64,000 nt of DNA from the NCBI GenBank assembly GCA_964016885.1, contig OZ024749.1:14570001-14634000 (forward strand). The letters are read 5' to 3'. The first letter of the stretch is position 1, and every line of letters begins with the position of its first letter. Made by a program: the position numbers and the translations under genes. This stretch comes from Eledone cirrhosa (lineage: Eukaryota). This document shows positions 39,870 to 53,125 of this stretch, piece by piece. The notes beneath the pieces are model-generated. The model ran no database searches. It was given only the letters and a program-made list of their open reading frames with translations, and was not told the origin of the DNA.

Positions 39870-42015
39870 CTGGGTGTCGTTCGTTGTCGTTGTCGTTGTT
39901 GCTGTTGTTGTTGTTGTTGTCATTGCTGTCGCTGTCGTTGGTGTTGGTGTTGTTGTCATCGTAGTTGTTGTTGTTGTCATCATAGTTGTTGTCATCGTAG
40001 TTGTTGTTGTTGTCATCATAGTTGTTGTCATCGTAGTTGTTGTTGTTGTCATTGTTGTTGTTGTCATCATAGTTGTTGTTGTTGTTGTTGTCATCGTAGT
40101 TGTTGTTGTCATTGTTGTTGTTGTCATCATAGTTGTTGTTGTTGTCATTGCTGTTGTTGTTGTCGTCATCAACATCATAATGAGGATCATAATTATCACT
40201 GCCACCATTACACTAAATGTGATAACTATGTTAATTAATATATCTAATGAGGTTAATTTTGATTTAATTTTGATTTAATTGATGATGATGATGGTGGCAG
40301 TGGTGATGGTGGTGATGGTGATGGTGGTGATGATGTTGGTGGTGATGGTGGTGATGATGATGTGATGGTCTTAATGATAATGAGGAATGGTGATGATGGT
40401 GGTGCTGAGGGTGGCAGTGGTGATGGTGGTGATGATGTTGGTGGTGGTGATGATGATGTGATGGTCTTAATGATAATGACGATGGTGATGATGGTGATGA
40501 TGGTGGTTATGATGGTGCTAATTACAGGGGTTATTAATATAACTAACGAAGGTAATTGTGATGATGCAACTGATGAGAATCGTAAGGAAGATGGTGCTGA
40601 TGATGATAAGGAGGATGATGGTGATGATGATGGTGATAAGGAGGATGATGGTGATGATAAGGAGGATGATGGTGATGGTGATGATAAGGAGGATGATGAT
40701 GATGATAAGGAGGAAGATGGTGATGATGGTGATGATAAGGAGGAAGATGGTGATGATGGTGATGATAAGGAGGAAGATGGTGATGATGGTGATGATGATA
40801 AGGAGGATGATGGTGATGATGGTGATGGTGGTGATGATGATTACAGGGGTTATTGACACATCTAACGAGGGTAATTGTGATGTAAATGATGAGGTAAATG
40901 ATGAGATGTTTACAGGGGTCATTAACATATCTAACGAGGGTAATTGTGATAATGATGTAATTGGTGATGTTGATGGTGATGATGGTGGTGCTGGTGGTGC
41001 TGGTGGTGCTGGTGGTGATGATGGTGATGATGATGTCAAGGATGAGGTAAATGATAACGGTGATGATGATGGTGATGATTAAAGGGTTTATATATTCATC
41101 TAATGAGAGTAATTGTGATGATGTAACTGATGGTGGTGATGATGATGGTGGTGGTGGTGGTGACGGTGGTGGTGATGGTGATGGTGGTGATGACGGTGGT
41201 AATGGTGGTGGTGGTGGTGATGACGGTGGTAATGGTGGTGGTGGTGGTGATGACGGTGGTAATGGTGGTGGTGGTGGTGATGACAGTGGTAATGGTGGTG
41301 GTGGTGGTGATGACGGTGGTAATGGTGGTGGTGGTGGTGATGACGGTGGTAATGACGGTGGTGGTGGTGATGACGGTGGTAATGGTGGTGGTGGTGGTGA
41401 TGACGGTGGTAATGGTGGTGGTGGTAGTAGTGTTGAGGGGTTCCAACAATGATGATGATGATAATCTAGATAATAATAATGGTTTCTTTATTTTACTTTC
41501 TTTATTATTTATACAAACAATAATGGTGGTGATGGTGGTGGTGGTAATGGTGGTGGTGGTGGTGGTGGTGGTGATGGTGGTGGTGGTGATGGTGGTGGTG
41601 ATGGTGGTGGTGGTGGTGGTGGTAATGGTGGTGGTGGTGGTGGTGATGGTGGTGGTGGTGGTGGTGATGGTGGTGGTGGTGATGGTGGTGGTGGTGGTGG
41701 TGGTGATGATGGTGGTGGTGGTGGTGGTGGTGGTGGTGGTGATGATGGTGGTGGTGGTAATGGTGGTGGTGATGGTGGTGGTGGTGGTAATGGTGGTGGT
41801 GGTAATGGTGGTGGTGGTGGTAATGGTGGTGGTGATGATGGTGGTGATGGTGGTGGTGATGATGGTGATGGTGGTGGTGGTGGTGGTGGTGGTGGTGGTG
41901 GTGGTGGTAGTGGTGGTAATGGTGGTGGTGATGATGGTGATGGTGGTGATGGTAATGGTGGTGGTGGTGGTGGTGGTGATGGTAATGGTGGTGGTGGTGG
42001 TGGTGGTGTTGATGA
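39870..42015. repeat. (GTT)/(GAT)/(GGT)n trinucleotide-derived low-complexity block
   Basis: Direct inspection; includes 27-30 bp sub-repeats. Confidence 0.93.
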
Positions 42016-42059
42016 TTTCTTAAATAAGATGGAGGTGATAATAATGTTGATGTAGATAA

Positions 42060-42282
42060 TTAGGGTTTCTGATGTAGGCACAAGGCCAACAATTCTAGAG
42101 GAGGGGAAAGTCAATTAAATCGACCCTGGTGAATTACTGGTACTTTATTTCATTGACCTCGTAAGGATGAAAGCCAAAGCCGACCTTGGTGGGATTTGAA
42201 CTCAGAATGTAAAGGACCATAAATCTATTCTGCAAAGCATGGTGTCCAATGCTCTACCGATTCTTCCAATCCACCGCCCTTA
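42060..42282 (-). mobile_element. tRNA-derived SINE, family A (antisense copy)
   Basis: Reverse complement of the family A consensus (ggatttgaactcaga...ctctaccgattcttccaatccaccgccc). Confidence 0.85.
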
Positions 42283-42442
42283 ATTATAATAATACTGGTG
42301 ATGATGATGATGATGATGATACCTTTAAACAATTTCAGAAAAAGAAAAGCAAAAAAAAAAAAATAAATTAAAAAAAAACTGTGTTTCTAGGTCAGAGTTA
42401 ATTTCTGTTCCAAATTCCTGAGTAAATTGGAGTGGGTCTGGC

Positions 42443-42725
42443 AATGGAGGGCATGGAAGGAGGGCTGGGAATGGAGGGCATGGAAGGAGGGCTGGGAATG
42501 GAGGGCATGGAAGGAGGGCTGGGAATGGAGGGCATGGAAGGAGGGCTTATTAATATATTTACCCCAAGACACCACCAGGAATGGTTCAATGCTAGCTACA
42601 CCACCACCACCAGTTCAATGCTAGCTATACCACCACCACCAGTTCAATGCTAGCTATACCACCACCACCAGTTCAATGCTAGCTACACCACCACCACCAG
42701 TTCAATGCTAGCTATACCACTACCA
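42443..42725. repeat. Two short minisatellites (27 bp x ~4; 25 bp x ~5)
   Basis: aatggagggcatggaaggagggctggg and gttcaatgctagctataccaccacc(a) units. Confidence 0.9.
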
Positions 42726-42998
42726 TTTCTAACTCTTCTATTTACCATATTCATCATGAAACACACAAACACACATGCACACGCACTCACACAGATACAG
42801 ACACACTGACTGTCATCTGTATTTTAATTAATTTTGAGGGAAATATTGAATTTTTAGAGGTTTTTTTTATAAATAATATCTATGGTCTTAGATATATGAG
42901 TATTATTTCTTTGAAATTACATCATCACCAACAACCCGTCTAACCCATGCTAGCGTGGAGGAACGGACGTAAAACGGTGATGATGATGACCACCATCA

Positions 42999-44855
42999 CT
43001 ATCACCAACCAGTTTCTATATGTTTCCCATAAAATACATCCAGCCCCTATCACTAACCAGTTTCTATATTTTTCCCATAAAATACATCCAGCCCCTACAG
43101 CTAACCAGTTTCTATATTTTTCCCATAAAATACATCCAGCCCCTACAGCTAACCAGTTTCTATATTTTTCCCATAAAATACATCCAGCCCCTATCACTAA
43201 CCAGTTTCTATATTTTTCCCATAAAATACATCCAGCCCCTACAGCTAACCAGTTTCTATATTTTTCCCATAAAATACATCCAGCCCCTATCACTAACCAG
43301 TTTCTATATTTTTCCCATAAAATACATCCAGCCCCTATCACTAACCAGTTTCTATATTTTTCCCATAAAATACATCCAGCCCCTATCACTAACCAGTTTC
43401 TATATTTTTCCCATAAAATACATCCAGCCCCTATCACTAACCAGTTTCTATATTTTTCCCATAAAATACATCCAGCCCCTATCACTAACCAGTTTCTATA
43501 TTTTTCCCATAAAATACATCCAGCCCCTATCACTAACCAGTTTCTATATTTTTCCCATAAAATACATCCAGCCCCTATCACTAACCAGTTTCTATATTTT
43601 TCCCATAAAATACATCCAGCCCCTATCACTAACCAGTTTCTATATTTTTCCCATAAAATACATCCAGCCCCTATCACTAACCAGTTTCTATATTTTTCCC
43701 ATAAAATACATCCAGCCCCTATCACTAACCAGTTTCTATATTTTTCCCATAAAATACATCCAGCCCCTATCACTAACCAGTTTCTATATTTTTCCCATAA
43801 AATACATCCAGCCCCTATCACTAACCAGTTTCTATATTTTTCCCATAAAATACATCCAGCCCCTATCACTAACCAGTTTCTATATTTTTCCCATAAAATA
43901 CATCCAGCCCCTATCACTAACCAGTTTCTATGTTTTTCCCATAAAATACATCCAGCCCCTATCACTAACCAGTTTCTATGTTTTTCCCATAAAATACATC
44001 CAGCCCCTATCACTAACCAGTTTCTATATTTTTCCCATAAAATACATCCAGCCCCTATCACTAACCAGTTTCTATATTTTTCCCATAAAATACATCCAGC
44101 CCCTATCACTAACCAGTTTCTATATTTTTCCCATGAAATACATCCAGCCCCTATCACTAACCAGTTTCTATGTTTTTCCCATAAAATACATCCAGCCCCT
44201 ATCACTAACCAGTTTCTATGTTTTTCCCATAAAATACATCCAGCCCCTATCACTAACCAGTTTCTATGTTTTTCCCATGAAATACATCCAGCCCCTATCA
44301 CTAACCAGTTTCTATGTTTTTCCCATGAAATACATCCAGCCCCTATCACTAACCAGTTTCTATGTTTTTCCCATGAAATACATCCAGCCCCTATCACTAA
44401 CCAGTTTCTATGTTTTTCCCATGAAATACATCCAGCCCCTATCACTAACCAGTTTCTATGTTTTTCCCATGAAATACATCCAGCCCCTATCACTAACCAG
44501 TTTCTATGTTTTTCCCATGAAATACATCCAGCCCCTATCACTAACCAGTTTCTATGTTTTTCCCATGAAATACATCCAGCCCCTATCACTAACCAGTTTC
44601 TATGTTTTTCCCATAAAATACATCCAGCCCCTATCACTAACCAGTTTCTATGTTTTTCCCATAAAATACATCCAGCCCCTATCACTAACCAGTTTCTATG
44701 TTTTTCCCATAAAATACATCCAGCCCCTATCACTAACCAGTTTCTATGTTTTTCCCATAAAATACATCCAGCCCCTATCACTAACCAGTTTCTATGTTTT
44801 TCCCATGAAATACATCCAGCCCCTATCACTAACCAGTTTCTATGTTTCTTTCCAG
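42999..44855 (+). repeat. 48-bp minisatellite (~38.5 copies) ending in the 3' splice site of the M3 exon
   Basis: Unit actaaccagtttctatatttttcccataaaatacatccagcccctatc; the last unit reads actaaccagtttctatgtttctttccag|exon. Confidence 0.97.
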
Positions 44856-45004
44856 GTACACCCCGCAGTTTTAGCGCCCGTGTTCTAGGAATGGTCTGGG
44901 CAGGTTTTGCTATGATAATAGTTGCCTCCTATACTGCTAACTTGGCTGCATTCCTTGTATTAGATCGACCCGAAGCTTCCATTTCTGGAATTGATGATCC
45001 CCGT
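44856..45004 (+). CDS. GRIN1: NMDA receptor GluN1 exon: M3 gate
   Basis: ttccag|GT ACA...CGT|gtaagt, 149 nt, phase 1-0. (G)[49 protein letters not shown] with the SYTANLAAF motif. Confidence 0.98.
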
Positions 45005-45042
45005 GTAAGTACCACAAATCTCTCTTTTGTTATTATTATTAA

Positions 45043-45270
45043 GGGTGGTGGGTTGGCTGTAATCGGTAGAGTGTCGAACAACATGCTTTGTGGCTTAGAG
45101 CTATGGCCCGTTACATTCTGATTTCAGAACACACCGAGGTTAGCTTTGCCTTTCATTCTCACAGGGTTGATGAAATAAAATACCAGTAATACACTGAGGT
45201 TGATTTAATTGACATTCCCCTCCCCTAAAATTGTTAGCCTTGTGCCTAAACCAGAAACTATTATTATTAT
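45043..45270 (+). mobile_element. tRNA-derived SINE, family A (diverged)
   Basis: Aligns by eye to the family A consensus; starts ~40 nt after the splice donor. Confidence 0.8.
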
Positions 45271-46924
45271 TGTTGTTACTACTATTACTACTACCATCAC
45301 CACTACTACTACTACTACTGCAACTACCATTAATACTACTACCACCACCACTACTACTAATACACTGTAACTGCTGTGTTGTAAAACTGTGTAAGGATTA
45401 AAGGGGGATTAACTCTGGAGACAACTGGAGACATGTTAATCCCTGCTTGTATATCTATAGGTGTGTTGGGGTGTGTGTATCCGTGTGTTGGTATGTGTGT
45501 ATATTTGTGTGTGTTGGTATATGTGTGTGTTTGTGTGAGTGTGTATTTCTGTATGTGTGTGTATGTATATATATATATATATATATACGTGTGTGCGTAT
45601 ATATGTGTGTGTGTGCTGTATGTGTGTGTGTGCCGTATGTGTGTGTGTGCTGTATGCGTGTGTGTGAGCCATGCTAGACAGAGAGAGAGAGAGAGACGAG
45701 CTATCACTCTGCTCCCAAAGCTGTCAAGTTACCATGGAAATGAGATATAGAAAAGAACAGACGATGGGGGGGGGGGGGGGTAGTGAGGTACGAGGGAGAA
45801 ATGGATGAGGTAAGTTGAGGCCAAAGTGGTGAGAGAGACGGGGGTGATGGTTGCAGTAGTAGTAGTGGCGGTGGTGTGGTATAGAGAGAAGGTGGTGTAA
45901 TGACATGTGATATTTTTGTAATAATTCATCATTGTTGCTCTTTCATTTAACATCATCATCATCGTCACCACCATCACCATTATCATTTACATCATCATCA
46001 TCATTTTCATCACCACCACCACCATCATCATCTTCATCTTCAATATCATCATCATCATAATTATCAACTTTTCAGTATCATCATCATTATCATCATTGGT
46101 TCCATCATCATCATCATTATATTTGATTCAATCAATGTCTTGTGTCTGCCTAATGCAAGACACACACACACTCACAAATACATACACTCACACAAACACA
46201 TGCTCACTCATACAAATACACACTCATACACATACACATGTGCCCACACACTCACACAAATGCTCAACTCACATATATTGTCACACATACCTCACCACAC
46301 ACACACACCACTTACACACATACTCACACACAAACACACTGCTTACATATATAGTCACATACACAAACACACCTGCACATTCACCACTCGCACACATACG
46401 CAACACCGCATTACAACACACACCACACAACACCACACAACACCACACATACACACAACACAACACCACACATATACACACCACACAACACTACACACCA
46501 CACAACACTACCCACCACACAACACCACACAACACCACACATACACACCACACAACACCACACATACACACCACACAACACCACACATACACACCACACA
46601 ACACCACACATATACACACCACACAACACCACACAACACTACACACAACACTACACACCACACCACACAACACCACACACCACCACACATACACACCACA
46701 CATACACACCACACATACACACCACACATACACACCACACATACACACCACACATACACACCACACATACATGCCACACTCATACACACCACTCACACAC
46801 TACACATACACACACCTACATACACACATATATACATGTAAGGTGTGTGTATGTATATATATCGCTGTCTAAACTTGTATTTATCCTCTTGTATATATTG
46901 TTGTTGTTATTGTTGTTGTTTCAG

Positions 46925-47082
46925 CTTCGAAATCCACAAGAAAACTTTAAATACGCCACAGTAAAGAAGAGTGCTGTGGAGATGTACTTCAAGAGACAGG
47001 TGGAGTTGTCTACCATGTATCGCACCATGGAGACGCGCAATTACAACACAGCCGAGGAAGCCATTGAAGATGTGCGACAAGG
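46925..47082 (+). CDS. GRIN1: NMDA receptor GluN1 exon: S2 part 1
   Basis: tttcag|CTT...CAA GG|gtatgt, 158 nt, phase 0-2. [53 protein letters not shown]. Confidence 0.97.
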
Positions 47083-47104
47083 GTATGTATGTTGCCATGG
47101 TAAC

Positions 47105-47565
47105 AGATGTCTGTGGCTGGGTGCCCTTCCTATTACAACCCATTTTACAGAGTGTACAGGGTGTATTTTATGGCACCAGCACTAGGGAGGTTGTCATGCC
47201 TTGGCCACAACTTAAGTGTTCTCTCAATACTTTAATACTTTGTTTGGCAAATTTTCAATAGGTTGATACTCTACCTATTATCAACCATTTTACAGAGTGT
47301 ACAGGGTGTATTTTATCATGGCCCCAGCACTAGGGAGGTTGTCATGTCTTTGACACAACTGAAGAGTCCTCCAAAGCAATAGTTTGGCAAATGTTCAATG
47401 GCTGGATTCCCTTCCTATTATCAACCACTTTACAGAATGTACAAGGTGTATTTTATCATGGCCCCAACACTAGGGAGATTGTCATGTCTTTGCCACAACT
47501 GAAAAATCTTTACAACCCTTTGTTGGCAAGTTTTCTATGGCTGGATTCCCTTCCTATTATCAATC
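47105..47565. repeat. Diverged ~135-150 bp tandem repeat (~3.3 copies) just after the exon donor
   Basis: Recurrent cttcctatta..caaccattttacagagtgtacagggtgtatttta..ggc.ccagcactagggaggttgtcatg. Confidence 0.85.
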
Positions 47566-47829
47566 CTGCTGAGGTCAACTTTGTATTTTATCCTTCCAAA
47601 GTTAATAAATAGTATAACAATAAAGGAAAAGGAGATTGGCAGAACTATGAAGAGTATTAGGTGAGATTCTCCATCCCAGATCTGTGTATTGTGAGTTCAA
47701 ATCCCACATCCTATCACTGGAAGGAAGTGATACTTCTACCAGGTGTATTAACAATGGCAAAGACCAATGGAGACATAGATTCCATGCTTCAGTTTGGAGT
47801 CTAAAGTCTATCTTAAGCCAGAAGGCACA

Positions 47830-48060
47830 TTAGGCTGGTGTTTATCCCAGTTTCATGGCTTCAGGTGAGTGAGAGTACAAGACTTCCCCCTGGACATGAT
47901 GCCAGTCCATCACAGGGTTAAACTCCCAGCTATTGCTGGTACTCATTTCCAGCTGAGTATACTGGAACAACGTGAAATGAAGTGTTTTGCTCAAGAACAC
48001 AACACGCAACCCAGCCCAGGAATCGGACGTAAGTCCAACATCCTTACCACTAGGCCACCA
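47830..48060 (-). mobile_element. tRNA-derived SINE, family B-related
   Basis: Reverse complement begins ggtggcctagtggtaagg... and contains gtgttcttgagcaaaacactt. Confidence 0.7.
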
Positions 48061-48661
48061 TCAACAATATATTCTAATTCCGACCGTGACCTCTGGCGTC
48101 ACGCAGTAATACAGAGTACCCGACCTCCCATGGGTACAAGCTGAAGCATATAGACAATATGCCCCCACACCCCCCACCGCAAGGTGGTCGTGGGGGTGCC
48201 ACGGCAAAAAAGCACCCAGCCCACACTGTAAAGTGGACGTGTAGGCGCCACGAAAAAGCACCCAGCACTCACTGTAAATGAGGTTGGTGTTAGGAAGGGC
48301 ATCCAGCTGTAGAAATCAAGCCAGATCAGTTCCTGTATGAGCAAGGCATGGTCAGCCGACCAGACACTGCCCACAACAGCACAACCCGTCTAACCCATGC
48401 TAGCGTGGAAGAACGGACGTAAAACGGTGGTGATGATGATGGAAATACAGATGTTAAAATGATAATGATGCTATACATACATGTGTGTTAGTGAGTCTGT
48501 CACCATTATCAACATCATCATTTAATGAGTTTTTCCATGCTTGCGTGTGTTAGATGGGTTGTCACACTATAAGTCAGGTTCAGAGATCATGTCTTACTGA
48601 TATAGATCTGTATTTTAGCTTCATTTCTACAGGTGGATGCCCTTCCTCACATGTGTATGTA

Positions 48662-48722
<61 letters not shown>

Positions 48723-49029
48723 TTACTTCTGTGAATAAGATATCTTAACAATCTCTTTTTATTGAGATGTTAGGTATATTCATGACATATTTTAATTATG
48801 TATAACATATATATATATCATCATCAGCATCGTTTAACGTCCATTTTCCATGCTAGCATGAGTTATATATATATAAAGATGGTGTTGTGTATACATTGGG
48901 GGGGGGGGGGGGGGGCATCCTGTGTGTATATATATATATATAAGGTTGTGGCAATTATATACTATATACTACTATCATATATAATTCTCCACATACTTTT
49001 GATCTTTGTATATTTAGTTTTACCTTTGC

Positions 49030-49061
<32 letters not shown>

Positions 49062-49062
<1 letters not shown>

Positions 49063-50618
49063 CATCATCATCATCATCATCATCATCATTTTACGTCCGC
49101 TTTTCCCTGCTTGCAAGGGTGGGACGGGTCTTATTCAGCACAGCATCTCTCCACTCGTCACGGTCCCTCGTCATCTCCACCGTGAGCTTCAATGATCTGA
49201 GGTCTGTTCTCACCACCTCCGCCCATGTTTTTCGTGGTCTACCTCTACCACGTCTTCCTTCAACTGGCATTTCCTGGCACTTCTTCACCCATCGGTCATC
49301 CTCCATGCGCATCACATGTCCATACCACCTCAGTCTCCTCTCCCGTACACTACATTCTATCCCTCTCAGACACAGTTTCTCTCTCAACACATTTATGCTG
49401 GGTCGTTCACGCACATTTACACTGCACATCCAACGGAGCATGCTTGCCTCATTTCTCTCCAGCCGTCGCATATCTTCTGCGGTAGCTGCCCATGTCTCAC
49501 TACCATGCAGCATCGCGCTCCTCACACAGGCATCATACAACCGGCCTTTCGTACGCAGGGAGAAACCCTTCTTCGTCAACAGAGGAAGCAGCTCCCTAAA
49601 CTTCTTCCAACCCGTCCTTATTCTAGATACTATGGCCTCGGAACACCCTCCTCCCATGCTAATCTGATCTCCTAGGTACCGGAAGCTATCCACCACTTCT
49701 ATAGCGCCCTCTCGCATTTGAAAAATGTGTCTATCAGTGCGACTTCTACTGTCTAATTTCCCTGTACATCTACTGCATACATATTTCTCCCTACCTGTTA
49801 GTTTGCCTGCTATCCCGCTACATCTCTTGTGTACCCAGGACCTACATTGTGTGCATTTTATAGAATTTATGCCAGTTCCTTTTCTGCATATCGAACATGG
49901 CCATTTCCCTGACGGAATCAGGGTTTTGTCCTCTTTTCTACTCATCAACACTTTTGTCTTAGCTAGATTTACTCTCAGTCCTCTTGCTTCCAACTGCTGT
50001 TTCCATAGCCGGAATTTATTCTCTAGCTCCTCTACTGATTCTGCCATAAGAGCCAGATCGTCAGCATAGAGAAGTTCCCATGGACAGCCAGTCTTAAACT
50101 CCTCTGTTATGGCTTGGAGGACTATAATGAACAAGAGCGGGCTGAGGACCGAACCCTGATGTACTCCTACTTGTATCTGGAATTCCTCACTAAACTCCAT
50201 TCCTACCCTGACTTTACTGAGAGTACCTCTGTACAAAGTTTGCACTGTCCTTACAAGCCATTCCTCAACACCCAGCTTCCTTAGGGACCACCAGATGACA
50301 GATCGGGGTACCCTATCAAAGGCCTTCTCTAGGTCAACAAAGGCTAAGTATAGTGGCTTATTCTTCTCTAAGAACCTCTCTTGCATTTGTCTCACCAAGA
50401 AGAGGGCATCTGTTGTACTCTTCCCAGGCACAAAACCAAACTGCATCTCATCTAGTTTGACCCTTTCTCTAATTAGTTGTGCTAGAATCCTTTCTGCCAC
50501 TTTCATAACCTGATCTATCAGTTTTATACCCCTATAATTGCTCCTCTCCAAAGCATCCCCTTTACCTTTGTAGCAATTTATGAGAATACTGCTGCACCAG
50601 TCTTTGGGTATGACAGTC
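49062..50618 (-). mobile_element. 5'-truncated RTE-clade LINE with uninterrupted RT ORF (49091-50551) and (ATG)n tail
   Basis: NYRGIKL, QFGF, FVDLEKAFDRVP, GVHQGSVLSPLLF, YADD, FRYLG, RRLRWYGHVMR, GRGRPRKTW, RDRDEWR motifs; (cat)n on the + strand at 49062-49089. Confidence 0.95.
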
Positions 50619-50637
50619 TATATATATATATATAGAA

Positions 50638-50815
50638 AGCTTCTACAGGACTAGAACTGTTTCATTCATGAGAAATCATCAGGAAGCTTCCTGATGATTT
50701 CTCATGAATGAAATGGTTCTAGTCCTGTAGAAGCTATTCTATATTAAAACATTTATACTCTGCTATGTATTGAGTACCTTACTTACTGTGGTTACCCCCA
50801 ATTGAACCCGGGATA
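50638..50815. mobile_element. Penelope pLTR-like insertion with hammerhead-type palindrome (50638-50735)
   Basis: 49-bp arms centred on aagctt, each with CTGATGA-hairpin-GAAA..GTC. The downstream gtattgagtaccttacttactgtggtt...gaacccggga is shared with 57079-57257. Confidence 0.7.
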
Positions 50816-51298
50816 ACTTATATATATATATATTTCGTTTCTGAATCCCCAGTCACAATGTGTGACGAAAGAACTTTGACAATATATGAACAATCATCTG
50901 GTTGTGGAACCAACCAACCAACCGGAAATTTATAAATTCCTAAATTTATAAATTTAATTTATAATAAATTGAAGTGAAAGCAACTGGGCGTGTGTTTCTT
51001 ATTGGCAACATGACCCTCCCAAAGTATAACAATATATATATATATATATATATATAAATTAAAGGAGAAAAAACTCTAATTACGAAAGTATAAACTTCAC
51101 TCATATATAGTACTCCCTACCACGGTTTCATTTTTTCTATTTTCTTATTTAATTTTAATATATAATATTGCTTCTCTAGGAGATTTCTTTCATTGAGATG
51201 TTTGGATATTAGTGACTAATTAACCTTTAATTAACATATATTTAAAGAACATTCTACTTTAGGGTGACTAAAATATGATCTCCTTTGTTTTTTTTCAG

Positions 51299-51471
51299 AA
51301 AACTTCAGGCTTTCATTTGGGATTCGTCCCGTTTAGAATTTGAAGCTGCCAATGACTGCGAATTGGTCACTGCTGGAGAACTGTTTGGACGTTCTGGCTA
51401 TGGCATCGGTCTGAGAAAACATAGTCCCTGGACACAGGAGATCTCACTTTCCATACTCAGCTTTCATGAAA
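51299..51471 (+). CDS. GRIN1: NMDA receptor GluN1 exon: S2 part 2
   Basis: tttcag|A AAA...GAA A|gtaagt, 173 nt, phase 2-1. [57 protein letters not shown]. Confidence 0.97.
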
Positions 51472-51774
51472 GTAAGTGTTGGTAACTATAGTAACTTGAT
51501 ATGTTGTGGTCAGTTTTCAGGTGTAACCACTGTTATGTTGTGGTCAGCAATGTCGTTGCAGCATTACATATGTTGTGGTCATTGTTGTGGTTTGACCTTT
51601 AGATATGTTAAGGTCAGTGTTGTGGTTTAACCACTGTTATGTTGGAGTCAGTGCTGTTGTTTTGACCAATGTTATGCTGTGGTCACTCTGCTGCTGTTAT
51701 GTTGTGTGTAGTTACTATTCAGGACTGACTGCAATATGTTGTGGTCAGTACTAAAGTTTGACCATTATATATAG

Positions 51775-53075
51775 GGCGGTGGATTGGCGGTATCGGTAAA
51801 GGGTCGGACGCCATGCTTTGCAGCATAGAGTTACGGCCCTTTATGGTCTGAGTTCAAATCCCGCCAAGGTTAACTTTGCCTTTCATCCTTACGGGGTCAG
51901 TAAAATAAAGTACCAGTAATGTACTGAGGTTGATTTAATCAACTTTCCCCTTCCCACAAAATTATTGGTTTTGTACCTAAATTAGAAACCATTATTATTA
52001 ACAAGGTGGTGGATTATTATTAATAGGGCGGTGGATTATTATTAATAGGGCGGTGGATTGGCAGAATCGGTAGAGGGTCAGAGGCCATGCTTTGCAGAAT
52101 AGAGTTACGCCCCTTTACGGTTTGAGTTCAAGTCCCGCCGAGGTTAACTTTGCCTTTCATCCTTACAGGGTCAATAAAATAAAGCACTAATAATGTACTG
52201 GGGTCGATTTAATCGACTGTCCCCCCCCCCAAAAAAAAAATAATTGTTGGCCTTGTTCCTATAACAGAAATCATTATTAACAAATGAGTCATCAGTTCCC
52301 AAAACTGGTACTGTAGTAATATATAGAGGGCAAGGCATGACAAATAAAAGAAAACAAAGTAAATTTTTACCCAGTGTATTTCAACATTATATTTCAGGAT
52401 TAATACCCCCTTTTGAAATGTGAAAAGGAAATTCAAAATAAAAATTAATAATCAATGTGTTCTTCGTTAACTTCTCTACATGTCTGAGATACACATATGT
52501 GGAGTTGTTATCGTAGACAATCTGCTTCGTCAGTTTTCCAATCTATCATTAATCTCTGGTTTTTTCTTGTCGATGGTAATTGCCTCATTGATTTTGAAAT
52601 CAACTATGCTACATTATTATTTTTTTCTTTTTCGTTTCTTATATAAATAATAAAAATCTTTACACGCACAAAACCCACATCATACCATCCTGTACCGTCT
52701 GTAATGTTTTTCTTAATGTCAGCCCTTGTGGCCAATAAAGAAATCATTATTATTATTATTGAATTGGCAGTATCGGTAAAGAGTCGGACGCCATGCTTTC
52801 CAGCATAGTTACGTCCCTTTACGATCTGAGTTCAAATCCCGTCGAGGTTAACTTTGCCTTTCATCCTTACCGGGTCAATAAAATAAAGTACCAGTAATGT
52901 ACTGGGTAATTGTTGACCTTGTGCCAAAAGTAGAAACAATTATTATTATTATTATCCCGCCGAGGTTAACTTTGTATTACATCCTTACAGGGTCGATAAA
53001 ATAAAGTACCAGTAATGCACTGGGTAATTAATTGCTGGCCTTGTGCCAAACATAGAAACAATTATTATTATTATT
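51775..53075 (+). mobile_element. Cluster of family A SINEs (51775-52010, 52045-52280, 52762-52950, partial 52955-53075)
   Basis: Repeated A box, B box and body; head-to-tail insertions into (ATT)n tails. Confidence 0.85.
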
Positions 53076-53091
53076 ATTATCTTGTGTGTGT

Positions 53092-53125
<34 letters not shown>

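Noticed and set aside
42999-44855. CRISPR-like arrays (also 55101-55670 and 63228-64000)
   Set aside because: No unique spacers, no cas genes, and the context is a eukaryotic intron.
42940-44888. 620-720 aa ORFs with a 16-aa repeat, one in frame with the M3 exon
   Set aside because: The 48-bp unit lacks stops in several frames by chance. A canonical acceptor at 44855 matches the phase of the previous exon, so the array is intronic.
52470-52545. Minus-strand CTGACGA hammerhead candidate
   Set aside because: No correctly placed stem II closure or GAAA.
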